Shown: positions 1-10,566, numbered from the stretch's first letter. The stretch is 64,000 nucleotides of DNA from Alphaproteobacteria bacterium (GCA_963555825.3 CAUVXB020000002.1:480001-544000); one strand, 5' to 3'. Notes: a model not told the origin generated them from the letters alone. Made by a program: numbers and translations.

Positions 1-361
1 CTATCTCGCCGGGCTCGCCAAGTCGGACGACGACGCCGACCGCCAGGTCGCCGGCAAGGTCGCGGTATTCTGGCCCAACCAGGGCGGCCGCGGCGTTCAC
101 GTCAACATCTCGGGCGCCGGCGTCACGCGCCACGCCGCCAATGTCGCCGAGGCGGTCGCGCTGATCGAGTTCCTGTCGGGCGACGCGGCGCAGCGCCTCT
201 ACGCCGAGGTGGTCAACGAGCGGCCGGTCAAACCGGGCGTGCCGGTCTCGGCCGCGGTCGCGGCCTGGGGCGCCTTCGAGGCCGATTCGCTCAACCTCAC
301 CTTGCTCGGCGAATTCAACGCCGAAGCCGTACGCCTCGCCGACCGCGTCGGCTGGCGGTAA
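1..361 (+). CDS. Fe(3+) ABC transporter substrate-binding protein, C-terminal part (cut by window edge)
   Basis: Frame 2 reads FWPNQGGRGVHVNISGAGVT...A..LIEFL...AVRLADRVGWR*, typical of the FutA/FbpA C-terminus. Confidence 0.85.
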   Translation, partial: YLAGLAKSDDDADRQVAGKVAVFWPNQGGRGVHVNISGAGVTRHAANVAEAVALIEFLSGDAAQRLYAEVVNERPVKPGVPVSAAVAAWGAFEADSLNLTLLGEFNAEAVRLADRVGWR

Positions 362-418
362 CAGCCCCGGCTGGGCTACAATCGTCGCGAAATTCGAACA
401 CGTCGTTCGGATGACTTC

Positions 419-505
419 AGCCTGCGACCGCAGGCCGCCGACCGTTCGGCGGAAGCCTGCGCGGCGACTGAGCGCAGGTCATCTTTGCGCGGCAAAGGTG
501 ACCGG
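419..505 (+). repeat. Partial copy of the ~170-bp intergenic structured repeat
   Basis: GCCGCCGACCGTTCGGC...TGCGCGGCGACTGAGCGCAGGTCA...GTGACC core shared with other copies. Confidence 0.75.
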
Positions 506-527
506 ATACCAATAACGAGACGTTAGC

Positions 528-1595
528 ATGACCGAGATCTTCGACGGCTTGATCGACCATCCGGCGGCGTGGCGGGGCTGCGACGTCGGCGGCAAGGACG
601 CCGTCGCCTTCGATCTCGCGCCGCGCCACATCGTGGCCTTCGAGGCGGCGATCGCGGTCGCGCGCGAACGCGGCCTCGAGCCCGAGCACTTCGAGCGCGC
701 CGACTTCGACCTCTCGGCCATCGCGGGCGACATCGCGGCGATCCGGGATGCGCTGATGAACGGGCGCGGCGTGGTCGTCCTGCGCGGCTTCCCGGTCGAA
801 CGTTGGGGCGTGGCCGCGACGACGCTCTTGTACTGGGGCCTCGGCGCGCATTTCGGCACCGCGGTGTCGCAGAGCCGCATGGGCGACCGGCTCGGCCATG
901 TCGTCGACGTCTCGGGCGACAATCCGCGCGAGCGCGGCTACCGCTCGTCCAAGGAGCTCGAGTTCCACACCGATTCCGACGACATCGTCGGCATGATGTG
1001 CCTGGCGGGCGCCGCAACGGGCGGCGTCAGCCGGCTGGTCAGCGCGCTCGCCATCCACAACGAGATGCGCGCCAGCCACGCCGAGCATCTGGCGGCGCTC
1101 TATGCCGGCTTCCACTACCACTGGCGCGGCGAGGAGCCGCCCGGCGAGCCGCCGATCACCGACTACCGCGTGCCGGTGTTCTCGACCCGGGACGGCGTCG
1201 TCAGCTGCTGCTATCTGCGCCACTTCATCACCATGGCGGCGGCCGAGCTGGACGCGCCGCTGGCCGCGCACGAGGCCGCCGCGCTCGACTGTTTCGACGC
1301 GATCGCCAACCGCGAGGACATGGTGCTCGCCATGACGTTGGAGCCCGGCGAGCTGATGCTGTTCAACAACTACGTGCTGCTGCATTCACGCACCGCCTTC
1401 GTCGACCACGCCGAGCCCGGGCGGCGGCGCCACATGCTCAGGCTCTGGCTCAAGGCCGACGACGGCCGGCCGGTCGCGCCGCCGCTGCGACGCTACTACG
1501 GCGCCAACGGCATCGCGGGTCAGGGCGACGGCGACACCATCTACCGCGGCGAGACGGTCATCGCCAAGCAAGCCCGCGCGCATAGCTCGGGCTAG
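528..1595 (+). CDS. TauD/TfdA family Fe(II)/2-oxoglutarate dioxygenase
   Basis: HxD motif (FHTD), FNN..LLHSRT and R..LRLWL motifs. Confidence 0.85.
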   Translation: MTEIFDGLIDHPAAWRGCDVGGKDAVAFDLAPRHIVAFEAAIAVARERGLEPEHFERADFDLSAIAGDIAAIRDALMNGRGVVVLRGFPVERWGVAATTLLYWGLGAHFGTAVSQSRMGDRLGHVVDVSGDNPRERGYRSSKELEFHTDSDDIVGMMCLAGAATGGVSRLVSALAIHNEMRASHAEHLAALYAGFHYHWRGEEPPGEPPITDYRVPVFSTRDGVVSCCYLRHFITMAAAELDAPLAAHEAAALDCFDAIANREDMVLAMTLEPGELMLFNNYVLLHSRTAFVDHAEPGRRRHMLRLWLKADDGRPVAPPLRRYYGANGIAGQGDGDTIYRGETVIAKQARAHSSG

Positions 1596-1603
1596 CCCGC
1601 GCC

Positions 1604-2281
1604 ATGTGCGGCCGCTTCACCCTGCGCACGCCGGCCCATCGCCTCGCCGAGGCGTTCGGCGTCGACGCCCTGCCCAACCTCGCGCCGCGCTACAACATCG
1701 CGCCGACCCAGGACGTCGTCGCCATCCGGCAGGGCGGCGCGGGCCGCGAGCTCACGATGCTGCGCTGGGGCCTGATCCCGGGCTGGGCCAAGGACCCGGC
1801 GATCGGCGCCCGCATGATCAACGCGCGCGCCGAGACGGTGGCCGAGAAGCCGTCGTTCCGCGCCGCCTTCCGCCAGCGCCGCTGCCTGGTCGCCGCCGAC
1901 GGCTTCTACGAATGGCGCAAGACGGCCGAGGCGCCCAAGGCGCCCAAGCAGCCCTACTACATCCGGCTCGAGAGCGGAGAGCCGTTCGCCATCGCCGGGC
2001 TGTGGGAGCGCTGGCGCGACCCGGCGGGCGAGACGGTCGAGAGCTGCACGCTGATCACCACCGAGGCCAACCCGGCGCTGGCGCCGATCCACCACCGAAT
2101 GCCTGTCATCCTGGCGTCCGCCGATTACGACGCCTGGCTAGACGCCCGGCCCGCCTCGCCCGCCGCGCTGCACGATCTGCTGCGCCCCTACCCCGGCGCC
2201 GAGATGACTGCGTTCCCGATCAACCGCCACGTCAACAACGTGCGCAACGACGACCCGGGCTGCATCGAGGCGCTCGCCTAG
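1604..2281 (+). CDS. SOS response-associated peptidase (SRAP/YedK/HMCES family)
   Basis: N-terminal MCGRF, RYNIAPTQ, NARAET, GFYEW, IHHRMP. Confidence 0.95.
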   Translation: MCGRFTLRTPAHRLAEAFGVDALPNLAPRYNIAPTQDVVAIRQGGAGRELTMLRWGLIPGWAKDPAIGARMINARAETVAEKPSFRAAFRQRRCLVAADGFYEWRKTAEAPKAPKQPYYIRLESGEPFAIAGLWERWRDPAGETVESCTLITTEANPALAPIHHRMPVILASADYDAWLDARPASPAALHDLLRPYPGAEMTAFPINRHVNNVRNDDPGCIEALA

Positions 2282-2526
2282 CAACCAATTCGATCGAACT
2301 CTTCCAGCCTGCGCCAATCTTATCCGCGTCGCCGTCGCGCGCGACCCGGGGGTGGTGGCCGGTCCGCGGATGGAGAAATATCGACCTAACTTCAAATGGT
2401 TATCAATTCTTCCCTAAACATACATGCATAAACAAACTAACTATTGACATCATAAATGAGTGTATATTTATATGCATCTTTGGGTAGGCTGCCAACGAGG
2501 ATTTCCGACACCGGGAGATCACGGCC

Positions 2527-3072
2527 ATGCCGCTGCAACGATCCATAGCGCTGATCTCCGCGCTCTTGTTATGGGGCTGCCAGCACCTCGTGTACGGTGT
2601 GCCACTCGAGCTTTGGCACGGGATGACAGAAGCCGAACGCCTCGCGGCGATGGATGCGTACACGGCAAGACAACAAGCGTCCTACGCCGTTGCCGAAGCA
2701 AATCGGCTGGAGGAGGAGCGGAAGCACGCCGAGGCGTACGCCAACTACGGTCCCATCGACTATCTGCTTTTGGGCCTCTTCCACATCGATACGAAGTACC
2801 GTCACGATTACCGTTACGTCTACGATTACGGCTACGGCCATGATTACGGCTACGGCTATGATTACGGCTACCATGGCGGCGCCGGACAGGCCTCGCGGCC
2901 CCAGGCGGCGAACCGGAGCGCCGGGTCGTCGCAGCTTGCGGCGCCGCAACGCGCGGGCCGCGAGGAGAGCCTGTCGCGCAAAGACAGGGGGCGCGAGGCG
3001 AGCCTCTCGCACAAAGAAAGAGGGCGCGAGCGCGTCGAGGCGAACGACGAAAACCGCGGCCATGAAAACTAA
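2527..3072 (+). CDS. Hypothetical lipoprotein with DYGYG repeats
   Basis: Signal peptide with lipobox-like LWGC; low-complexity C-terminal half. Confidence 0.6.
   Translation: MPLQRSIALISALLLWGCQHLVYGVPLELWHGMTEAERLAAMDAYTARQQASYAVAEANRLEEERKHAEAYANYGPIDYLLLGLFHIDTKYRHDYRYVYDYGYGHDYGYGYDYGYHGGAGQASRPQAANRSAGSSQLAAPQRAGREESLSRKDRGREASLSHKERGRERVEANDENRGHEN
2803..2874 (+). repeat. 18-bp in-frame tandem repeat x4 ((H/Y)DYGYG)
   Basis: GATTACGGCTACGGC(C/T)AT-like units. Confidence 0.85.
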
Positions 3073-3318
3073 AGAATCGTCCGATCGAATGGAATCGATC
3101 GGATGATGCCGACCCGCGTCACCTTGTCGGATACAGGGTGGCCGCCGCTCCCGCGGTAAGCGGCTAGGCATCGCGCCGCATGACGTACTAAAGGTGGGCT
3201 TCGCAGCGGTCATTTCCTGTCCTTGGTCCTGGGGCTCAACGATCGATTCTGACGGACTCGATCGGGGAACCCCTGCGGCGGACCTATAGCAACGCGCTAT
3301 CCTCATCGGCCTAAGGAG

Positions 3319-4059
3319 ATGGCGGAGAAACATCGAACAACGAGACCGATCTTGGTGTTGGCGGCTATCTTGGCGCTAAACGGGACGGCTTGCGTCGGGT
3401 TGGATGACGCTAAGAAATGCGCCGAAGGTACAGGCGACGCGGCGCTCGACATCGACTACTGCACGCGTGCGATCGATTCGGGCGTCCTGTCCAAGAAGGA
3501 CTTGGTTGCCACCTTCAATAACCGCGGCAACGCGTATGCCGACAACGGCGAGCATGACCAGGCAATCGCCAATTTCGACCGGGCGATCGACCTCAACCCC
3601 GACTATGCCCTGGCCTTCTACAACCGAGGCCGCGCATACAATTTCAAGAGCGAATACGACCGCGCGATCACCGACTACAGTCAGGCGATACAGCTCAAGT
3701 CCAACTTTGCCGAGGCCTTCACCAATCGGGGTTTCGCGCGCGCTCGTAAGGGGGAATACGACCGCGCGATCGCCGACTACAACCAGGCGATCCGACTCAA
3801 GCCCGACTATGCCCTGGCCTTCTACAACCGGGGCAACGCATACAAAAGCAAGCAAGAATGCGACCGCGCGATCCGCGACTACGACCAGGCAACTCAGCTC
3901 GATCCCGACAATGCCCAAGCGTACGGCAAAATGGGAATGGCCTGCGTACTACAAACCGTGATCTATGATGCGCTATTCAACCGCAAGAAGGATCATGATC
4001 CCGGCAGCCGCCCCCGGAGGCTTCTCGACAAACTCGAGGAACTCAGCGTGACGCCGTGA
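3319..4059 (+). CDS. Tetratricopeptide repeat protein, probable lipoprotein
   Basis: Four to five A.AFYNRG.AY...YDRAI.DY.QAI.L.P repeats; AAGGAG upstream. Confidence 0.9.
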   Translation: MAEKHRTTRPILVLAAILALNGTACVGLDDAKKCAEGTGDAALDIDYCTRAIDSGVLSKKDLVATFNNRGNAYADNGEHDQAIANFDRAIDLNPDYALAFYNRGRAYNFKSEYDRAITDYSQAIQLKSNFAEAFTNRGFARARKGEYDRAIADYNQAIRLKPDYALAFYNRGNAYKSKQECDRAIRDYDQATQLDPDNAQAYGKMGMACVLQTVIYDALFNRKKDHDPGSRPRRLLDKLEELSVTP

Positions 4060-4183
4060 GTAAGCGCGGCGCCCCGCGCGTTCGCCTCGATGAATTCGAT
4101 CCCTATTGGCACAATTGGCGGGCGCTGTGGGGCGAAGGGCCGAACAAGGCCTTCGCCTCGGTGCCCAACCCCGACTGGGAGGC

Positions 4184-5434
4184 CTAGCCGGCGCCGGCTT
4201 CGGTGCGCAGCGCCGCGGCGACGCGCGCCATGACGCCGGCCCAGTCGCCCGGCGTCTGCTGGCGGAACAGGCGCATGGTCGGGTACCACGGGCTGTCGTC
4301 GCGCCCGGTCAGCCAGCGCCAGTCGGGCGCGAACGGCAGCAGCGTCCAGACCGGCTTGGCCAACGCGCCCGCCAGATGCGCGACCGCGGTATCGACGGTG
4401 ACGACCAGATCGAGCCGATCGATGACCGCGGCAGTGTGTCCGAAACTATCGAGCGGAGGCCCAAGGGCCTCGACCGCCAGCCCGGGCGGCGGCGTCTCGG
4501 CCGTGGCCTCGCCGACCTGCAGCCCGAACAGGCGCACCCCGGGCACGCCGCCAAGCGGCGCGAAGTCGCGCAAGCGCGCGGTCCGCTGGCGGTCGTCGGG
4601 ATGGCGCGGGCTGCCGGCCCAGACCAGGCCGACCTTAAAACCGGGGCCGGCGAGCGCGTCCTCGAACGGCGCGCAGAGCGCCGGATCCGCCGCCAGGTAC
4701 GGCACGTCGCCCGGGATGGTCTCGAGCGTCGTGCCGAAACAGCCGGGCAGGCTGAGCAGCGCAGCATAGACATCGAACGGCACGTCGGGCGGCGCGCGGC
4801 CGGTCAAGGGAACCAGATCGGCGGCCGGGACGAGCGGCGCCAGCAGTGCGGCGAGGTCGCCCGGGCATTCGAAGACCACGCGGCCGCCCGCGCCGCGCAG
4901 CATCGGCAGGTAGCGGGCCGCTTGAATGACGTCGCCGTAACCCTGTTCGCAGATGACCAGCAGGGTGCGGCCGGCGAGCGGCGCGCCGTCCCAGCGCGGC
5001 GCGTTGAAATGTCGGTGCCCGAAATCGGGGATGTTGAGCCGCCACTCGTATTCCGGCCAGCCTGCCTCGAGGAGGCCGGCGAGCAACAGCGCCATGCCGC
5101 GGTGGTAATGAGCGACCGGCCCGCGCGGCTTGATCGCGATTGCGGCGTCGAAGGCGGCGATGGCGGCGTCGAGCGCGAGTCGGTCGTACTGTGCCTTGCC
5201 CAATCCGTTGTAAGCCTCGACGCCGGCGTGGCCCGCACCGATGGTGGTCTCGAACGCCTCGATGGCGTCGTCGGCACGGCCCAACGTTGTCAGCGCGAGC
5301 CCGAGCGTGACCCGCGCGCCGAGGTCATCGGGTCGCGCCTCGAGCACGCGTCTCGCCGCCGCCGCGGCCTCGGCGGGCCGGTCGGCCTCCAGATGCGCAC
5401 CGGCGGCGGCCATGTGATCGTCGACATTGGTCAT
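4184..5434 (-). CDS. TPR-containing glycosyltransferase family 9 protein
   Basis: N-terminal TPRs; GW.EYEWR, EQGYGD.IQ, DLVVTVDTAVAHLAGAL, WRW..DSPWYP. Confidence 0.9.
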   Translation of the reverse strand: MTNVDDHMAAAGAHLEADRPAEAAAAARRVLEARPDDLGARVTLGLALTTLGRADDAIEAFETTIGAGHAGVEAYNGLGKAQYDRLALDAAIAAFDAAIAIKPRGPVAHYHRGMALLLAGLLEAGWPEYEWRLNIPDFGHRHFNAPRWDGAPLAGRTLLVICEQGYGDVIQAARYLPMLRGAGGRVVFECPGDLAALLAPLVPAADLVPLTGRAPPDVPFDVYAALLSLPGCFGTTLETIPGDVPYLAADPALCAPFEDALAGPGFKVGLVWAGSPRHPDDRQRTARLRDFAPLGGVPGVRLFGLQVGEATAETPPPGLAVEALGPPLDSFGHTAAVIDRLDLVVTVDTAVAHLAGALAKPVWTLLPFAPDWRWLTGRDDSPWYPTMRLFRQQTPGDWAGVMARVAAALRTEAGAG

Positions 5435-5524
5435 CGGCGCGCCAGCATAGCCCGAATCGCGCGGCAGCGATGAACCCGTCATGAATGCGGCGCTCAGCGT
5501 GAATTCACATGGGCGGGGCTAATA

Positions 5525-6331
5525 TTGCCGCGCTGCGCTACCATAACGACCATGCGGGGTGGAATGATCGGCATTTCAAGCATCGTGCGCGCGCTTGGCC
5601 TTTTGCTGTTGGCCTTGGGGCTGGCTCTGCCGGCGCGCGCCGGTTCGCCGCCCCGGCTCGACCTCGAGTACCACGTCTACGGTCTCGGCATTCACGCCCT
5701 GACCCTACGGCTCTATTACACACGGCGCGACGATGGTTACCGCTCGCTGGTCAACGCCCGGACCGAGGGCGTCGTCGAGATGTTCTACGATTACGAACTG
5801 CACATCGACGCATCGGGACCGAGGGACGGCGTCGCGCTGCGCCCGAGCCACTACATCACGATCAGCCGGGGATCGGAGGGTGGCAAGCGCCTTAAGCTGA
5901 AGTACGCCGACGACGGCGAAATCACGATCGAAACCGACGAGAAGCTGGCGACCGACGAGCTGGCCGCGCGCGTCGCGCGCGGCCACGGCACGATCGACCC
6001 GCTGAGCGCGCTGTTGACGCTGGTCGAGACCCTCGCGGAAACCGGCTCGTGCGATGCCAAGGTCGCGGTCTTCGACGGTAAGCGGCGTTACGACATGACG
6101 GCGGCCGACGGCGACGCGACAGACGGCGTCGAGTGCCGCGTTGCGCTCGAGCAGATCGACGGGTTCCGGGCGCGCGAGAAGGATTCGCCGCGCTATCCGA
6201 AGACCATGACGATCCGGTTCGGCCCGGTCGCCGAGGGCTTTCCACCGATGCCGGTCGAGGTCACCGCCAGCAACTTCTTCGGATTGCTCACCCTGCGCTT
6301 GATCGACGCCAAGTTGGCGCCGCAGCCGTGA
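5525..6331 (+). CDS. DUF3108 domain-containing exported protein (start uncertain, perhaps 5564)
   Basis: Signal peptide; IDPLSAL and VFDGKRRYD motifs. Confidence 0.75.
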   Translation: MPRCATITTMRGGMIGISSIVRALGLLLLALGLALPARAGSPPRLDLEYHVYGLGIHALTLRLYYTRRDDGYRSLVNARTEGVVEMFYDYELHIDASGPRDGVALRPSHYITISRGSEGGKRLKLKYADDGEITIETDEKLATDELAARVARGHGTIDPLSALLTLVETLAETGSCDAKVAVFDGKRRYDMTAADGDATDGVECRVALEQIDGFRAREKDSPRYPKTMTIRFGPVAEGFPPMPVEVTASNFFGLLTLRLIDAKLAPQP

Positions 6332-6349
6332 CCGGCGACCGGCGGCCGG

Positions 6350-6514
6350 TCACCCCGCCTTCTTCACCACCAGCCACAGGGCATGGACCATGCCGGGCAG
6401 GAATCCGAGCAGCGTCAGGAGGATGTTGAGCCAGAAATGAAGCCCGAGGCCGACCGTAAGGAATGCCGCCAGGGGCGGCAGAAAAATGGCCAGGACAATG
6501 CGGATGATGTTCAT
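6350..6514 (-). CDS. YqaE/Pmp3 family small membrane protein
   Basis: 54 aa: ILAIFLPP-like start, FWLNILLTLLGFLPGMVHALW. Confidence 0.92.
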   Translation of the reverse strand: MNIIRIVLAIFLPPLAAFLTVGLGLHFWLNILLTLLGFLPGMVHALWLVVKKAG

Positions 6515-6661
6515 GACCAGACAGGCCCCCGACGTTGCGATGCTGTCCGGCGGTATCCTAGCCCGACATTCGATCTGGACGGAACCGCCACGACGGGGGC
6601 AATTTGATACCCGGCGTCGGAGCGTACGCGCCGTGCGCCGCGCAATGAAGGGAGCAGCAGT

Positions 6662-7579
6662 ATGACGGAAGACAGTGCGACCACCGCAGCTTCGGGCGAA
6701 GATCTCCCCTGGCAGTGGCCCGAGGCGAAATGGCGCGGCATCGTCGGCAAGGTGCGCGCCGGCCGCTCGCTGAAGCCGGCGCGCTGGAAGGACGGTGCGC
6801 GCTGCGCGGTTGCGCTGTCGTTCGATTCGGACCACGAGACGGGCACGCTGCGCGCCGGGCGGACCTCGCCGGGCGAGCTCAGCCGGGGCGAGTATGGCGC
6901 CCGCGCCGCCCTGCCGCGCATCCGCGCGCTGCTCGAACGCTCAGGCATCAAGGCGAGCTTCTTCGTGCCCGCCGTGGTCGCCAAGCTTTACCCCGACGAA
7001 CAGCGCGCCAACGTCGCCGAGGGCCACGAGGTCGGCATCCACGGCTGGATCCACGAGCGCAACAGCGAGCTGCCGCGCGACGCCGAGCGCGAGCTGCAGA
7101 TGCGCTCGGCCGACACCCTGGAGACGATCACTGGTGTCCGCCCGGTCGGCATCCGCACGCCGTCATGGGACTTCAGTCCGCATACGCTGGCGATCAGCCG
7201 CGAGATGGGGTTGCTCTACGATTCCTCGCTGATGGCCGACGACGACCCCTACGAAATCCTCGAGGACGGCGAGCCGACCGGCTTGGTCGAGCTGCCGGTC
7301 GAATGGATCCGCGACGACTATCCCTACTTCGGCATGGACCGCTTCTCGCCGATCCGACCCCATGTGGCGCCGTCGGCCGTGCTCGAAATCTTCAAGGCCG
7401 AATTCGACGGCGCCTACGCCGAGGGCGGCCTGTTCCTGCTGACCATGCACCCCGACATCTCGGGCCACCGATCGCGCATTCAGGTGCTCGCGGCATTGAT
7501 CGATCACATGCAGGCGCAAGAGGGCGTCTGGTTCGCGACCCACGCCGAGATCGCGCAGTACTGCCTGGACAACGCCTGA
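6662..7579 (+). CDS. Polysaccharide deacetylase family protein (PuuE/PgdA-like)
   Basis: LSFDSD, GHEVGIHGWIHE, YDSSLM, LTMHP motifs. Confidence 0.9.
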   Translation: MTEDSATTAASGEDLPWQWPEAKWRGIVGKVRAGRSLKPARWKDGARCAVALSFDSDHETGTLRAGRTSPGELSRGEYGARAALPRIRALLERSGIKASFFVPAVVAKLYPDEQRANVAEGHEVGIHGWIHERNSELPRDAERELQMRSADTLETITGVRPVGIRTPSWDFSPHTLAISREMGLLYDSSLMADDDPYEILEDGEPTGLVELPVEWIRDDYPYFGMDRFSPIRPHVAPSAVLEIFKAEFDGAYAEGGLFLLTMHPDISGHRSRIQVLAALIDHMQAQEGVWFATHAEIAQYCLDNA

Positions 7580-7740
7580 CCTCGATCGTTCAGAAACAGT
7601 CGAAGTCTACCAGGCCGCGACTGCGGCCCGCCGACCGTTCGGCCGGTCTTGATCCCATAAGATTGGCATGCGCGGCGATTGAGCGCAGGTCACCGCACGT
7701 GACCGCACAAAAATTCACCGCACAAAAGAAGACCGCAAAA
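7580..7740 (+). repeat. Intergenic structured repeat copy with expanded ACCGCACAA tail
   Basis: Conserved core followed by about four ACCGCA(C)AA-like units. Confidence 0.85.
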
Positions 7741-7748
7741 ATCAATTC

Positions 7749-8471
7749 TCAACCAGGCGTCACCTTGGCGGTGAAGACGTAGCCGACGCCGCGCACGGTT
7801 TTGATCAGCTGGGGTTTATTGGGCTCGGCCTCGATCTTGTGGCGCAGCCGGCTGATCGAATTGTCGATCGAGCGGTCGTAGGGCGACCATTCACGATTGT
7901 GCGTCATGTCGAGCAGCTGGTCACGGTTCAGCACCCGGTTGGCGTTGTCGATGAGGCTGGCGAGCAGATCGAACTCGACGGTGGTCAGGGTAACTTCCGC
8001 GCCGTCGGGTGCGAACAGGCGGCGCGCCGCGCGCATCAGGCGCCAGCCGTCGAAAATGACGACGTCGCCACCCGCCGACGCCGCACCGGCGCCGCTCGCC
8101 GCCTTGGTCCGCCTCAGAACGCTGCGCACGCGGGCGAGCAGTTGGCGCAAATCGGTCGGCTTTGAGACGTAATCGTCGGCGCCCAGCTCGAGCCCGACGA
8201 CTTGGTCGACCTCGCTCTTCGAGGCCGTCATGATGATGATGCCAACGTCGGATTGCTTGCGCAACTCGGTGACCAGGCTGAAGCCGTGCTCGCCGGGCAT
8301 CGAGAGGTCGAGAATGATCAGGTCGGCCGGGTCCGCCGCCAGCACGTCACGCATCGCCGTGCCGCCGTCCGCCTTGCTCACCCGGTAGCCCTCCGCGGCG
8401 AGATAGCTCTCGACCAGATCGCGAATCAGGGGGTCGTCGTCGACCACGACGATATGGGCGGGTTCGCTCAT
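7749..8471 (-). CDS. OmpR-family response regulator (no adjacent kinase)
   Basis: Receiver (VVDDD, LDL.MP, GADDY.SKP) plus winged HTH (DRSID..ISRLR.KIE, IKTVRGVGY). Confidence 0.93.
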   Translation of the reverse strand: MSEPAHIVVVDDDPLIRDLVESYLAAEGYRVSKADGGTAMRDVLAADPADLIILDLSMPGEHGFSLVTELRKQSDVGIIIMTASKSEVDQVVGLELGADDYVSKPTDLRQLLARVRSVLRRTKAASGAGAASAGGDVVIFDGWRLMRAARRLFAPDGAEVTLTTVEFDLLASLIDNANRVLNRDQLLDMTHNREWSPYDRSIDNSISRLRHKIEAEPNKPQLIKTVRGVGYVFTAKVTPG

Positions 8472-8517
8472 CGCCCCGACCGTCGCGGTGTGCGCACGAC
8501 CGCTGCTTCGCCGCGCC

Positions 8518-9153
8518 TCATGTCGGCCGCCAGACGGTTATGCGGATCGGCGACGGCGCGCCGTCGGCGCAGGGATTGTTGACCTGCGGGCAATTCGAGA
8601 TCGCCGTCAACGCGTCCATCTCGGCGCGCAATTCGACGAAATCGCCGGGCTTCGACGGGCCGACATCGAACACCGCTTCGCTCAACGAGCCGCCCGTCCC
8701 GACCGGCACCGCGCAGAAGAAATTGATGTTGGGCACGATGTCGCGCCAGCCGAGGCCGTGGTCGGCGAGCACCGCGAGGAAGTTCTCGCGGCAGCCCGGA
8801 CAGTCGGCGACGCCGTAGAGCAACTGGTTGCTCGGCGCGCTGCAACAGCCGGCGATCGTGTCGTGGCCGCCGCAACTGTCCTCGACGACGGTGAAAATCG
8901 GGCGGGCGCGGTCGGAATAGAGCACGTGCCCCTTGCCGAGACCGAGCGTGTGCGCCGCCTTGATCGTGTTTGGCGCGTGATAGCGTTCATCCGGGTCGGC
9001 CGCGTTGTAGCACAGAAAGTCGACGCCCTGGCGGCCCTCGAGGTCGGTGATGCGCAGCCGCTGGCCACACGCGATGATGCCGGCCCAGGCCGCGCCCGCC
9101 GCCAGGATGCGGTCGTCGACGACGGTGCCCGGAAGATCGATGTCCACAGCCAT
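8518..9153 (-). CDS. DUF1989 (urea carboxylase-associated) protein
   Basis: GGHDTIAGCC, NINFF, AISNCPQVNNPC. Confidence 0.88.
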   Translation of the reverse strand: MAVDIDLPGTVVDDRILAAGAAWAGIIACGQRLRITDLEGRQGVDFLCYNAADPDERYHAPNTIKAAHTLGLGKGHVLYSDRARPIFTVVEDSCGGHDTIAGCCSAPSNQLLYGVADCPGCRENFLAVLADHGLGWRDIVPNINFFCAVPVGTGGSLSEAVFDVGPSKPGDFVELRAEMDALTAISNCPQVNNPCADGAPSPIRITVWRPT

Positions 9154-9167
9154 GCTGGCCTCCTTCT

Positions 9168-9328
9168 ATGTGCGGTCAGCGTTGCTGACCTGCGCTCAAT
9201 CGCCGCGCATGCCAATCTTTATCCCACAAAGACTGGCCGAACGGTCGGCGGCCCGCCCCCACTTGTCCCATCTAGACTGGCGCGGGCTGGAAGACTTCGT
9301 GCGAATCCAGTCGACCGGACAATATTCT
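9168..9328 (-). repeat. Intergenic structured repeat copy
   Basis: Reverse complement of the conserved core, beginning at the TAG of the upstream gene. Confidence 0.85.
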
Positions 9329-10451
9329 ACCGCAACCGGCCGGGCGAGAGATCGGCCTCGGTCAGGCCGTGCTCGGCGACGTCGGCGGGCAGCGCGCGCG
9401 CCGTGATCAGCCCGGCCGTCGCGCGCGACATCGCCGGCGAGGTCATGATGCCGTAACCGCCCTGGCCGGTGAGCCAGAAGAAACCCTCGGCCGCCGCGTC
9501 GAAACCGGCGACCAGCGTCTTGTCGGCGACGAAGCTGCGCAGGCCGGCCCAGCTATGCGCGACGCGGCGGACCTCGAAGCACGTCGCGCGCTCGATGCGA
9601 TCGACGGTAATCGCGATATCGAGCTCTTCGGGCTGCGCGTCGCAGGGCGCACTCGGCGTCTCGTCGGCCGGCGAGGCCATGATGCGGCCGGCGTCGGGCT
9701 TGAAGTAGAATTCCTCGTCGATGTCGACGACCTGCGGCCAGGCGTCGATCTCGACGCCCGCCGGCGGATCGAAGGTGATCGCCGTGCGCCGCTTGGGCAC
9801 CAGTCCGATCGGCGCCGCGCCGGCGAGCCCCGCGACCACGTCGCACCAGGCGCCCGCCGCGTTGACGACGACCGGCGCGGCAAACTCACCGGCCGGCGTT
9901 TCGGCGACCCAGCGGCCATCGCGGCGCGTCAGGCCGCGCACCTCGGCGTCGGTCGCCAGCGTCCCGCCGCGCGCGCGGAGGCCCTTGAGAAAGCCGTTCT
10001 GGATGCCGTGTACGTCCATGTCGCGGGCAACCGGATCGTAGACCCCGCCGGCGATATAATCGGCGCGCAACGCGGGCACCAGCTCGCGGCACGCCTGGCC
10101 GTCGAGCTCCTGCGCCGGACCGCCGACCGCCGCCGCCTCGTCCATCGCGCGGCGTACCGCGTCGCGCTGATCGTGGTTGGCGATCAGCAGCAGGCCGCGC
10201 GGGCTGAGCAGCGGATTGTCGGCGAAGCCGTCGGGCGGGTCTTCGAGGAACGCGCGCGACGCGATGGTCAGCTTGCGGATCACCGCGTTGCCGTAGTTCT
10301 CGGTGAACAGCGCGGCCGAGCGGCCGGTCGTGTGGTAGCCCGGCTGACTCTCGCGCTCGAGCACGATGACACGGCCCGACGCCGCCAGTTCATAGGCCGC
10401 CGACGCGCCCGCGATGCCCGCCCCGATGACCAGAAAATCGCCGCTCTCCAT
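9327..10451 (-). CDS. FAD-dependent oxidoreductase (D-amino acid dehydrogenase, DauA-like)
   Basis: VIGAGIAGAS, GYHTTGRSAA, WAGLRSF, GQGGYGI. Confidence 0.88.
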   Translation of the reverse strand: MESGDFLVIGAGIAGASAAYELAASGRVIVLERESQPGYHTTGRSAALFTENYGNAVIRKLTIASRAFLEDPPDGFADNPLLSPRGLLLIANHDQRDAVRRAMDEAAAVGGPAQELDGQACRELVPALRADYIAGGVYDPVARDMDVHGIQNGFLKGLRARGGTLATDAEVRGLTRRDGRWVAETPAGEFAAPVVVNAAGAWCDVVAGLAGAAPIGLVPKRRTAITFDPPAGVEIDAWPQVVDIDEEFYFKPDAGRIMASPADETPSAPCDAQPEELDIAITVDRIERATCFEVRRVAHSWAGLRSFVADKTLVAGFDAAAEGFFWLTGQGGYGIMTSPAMSRATAGLITARALPADVAEHGLTEADLSPGRLR

Positions 10452-10566
10452 GCCCCTTGCCCTTCGCAATCTGCGACCGATCCGCGCGCGATGGTAATTC
10501 AGAAATTGCGCCACCGCCATTGACAAGCCGATGGCCCGCGCCCGACGCTCGGCGCGGAGAAGACGC

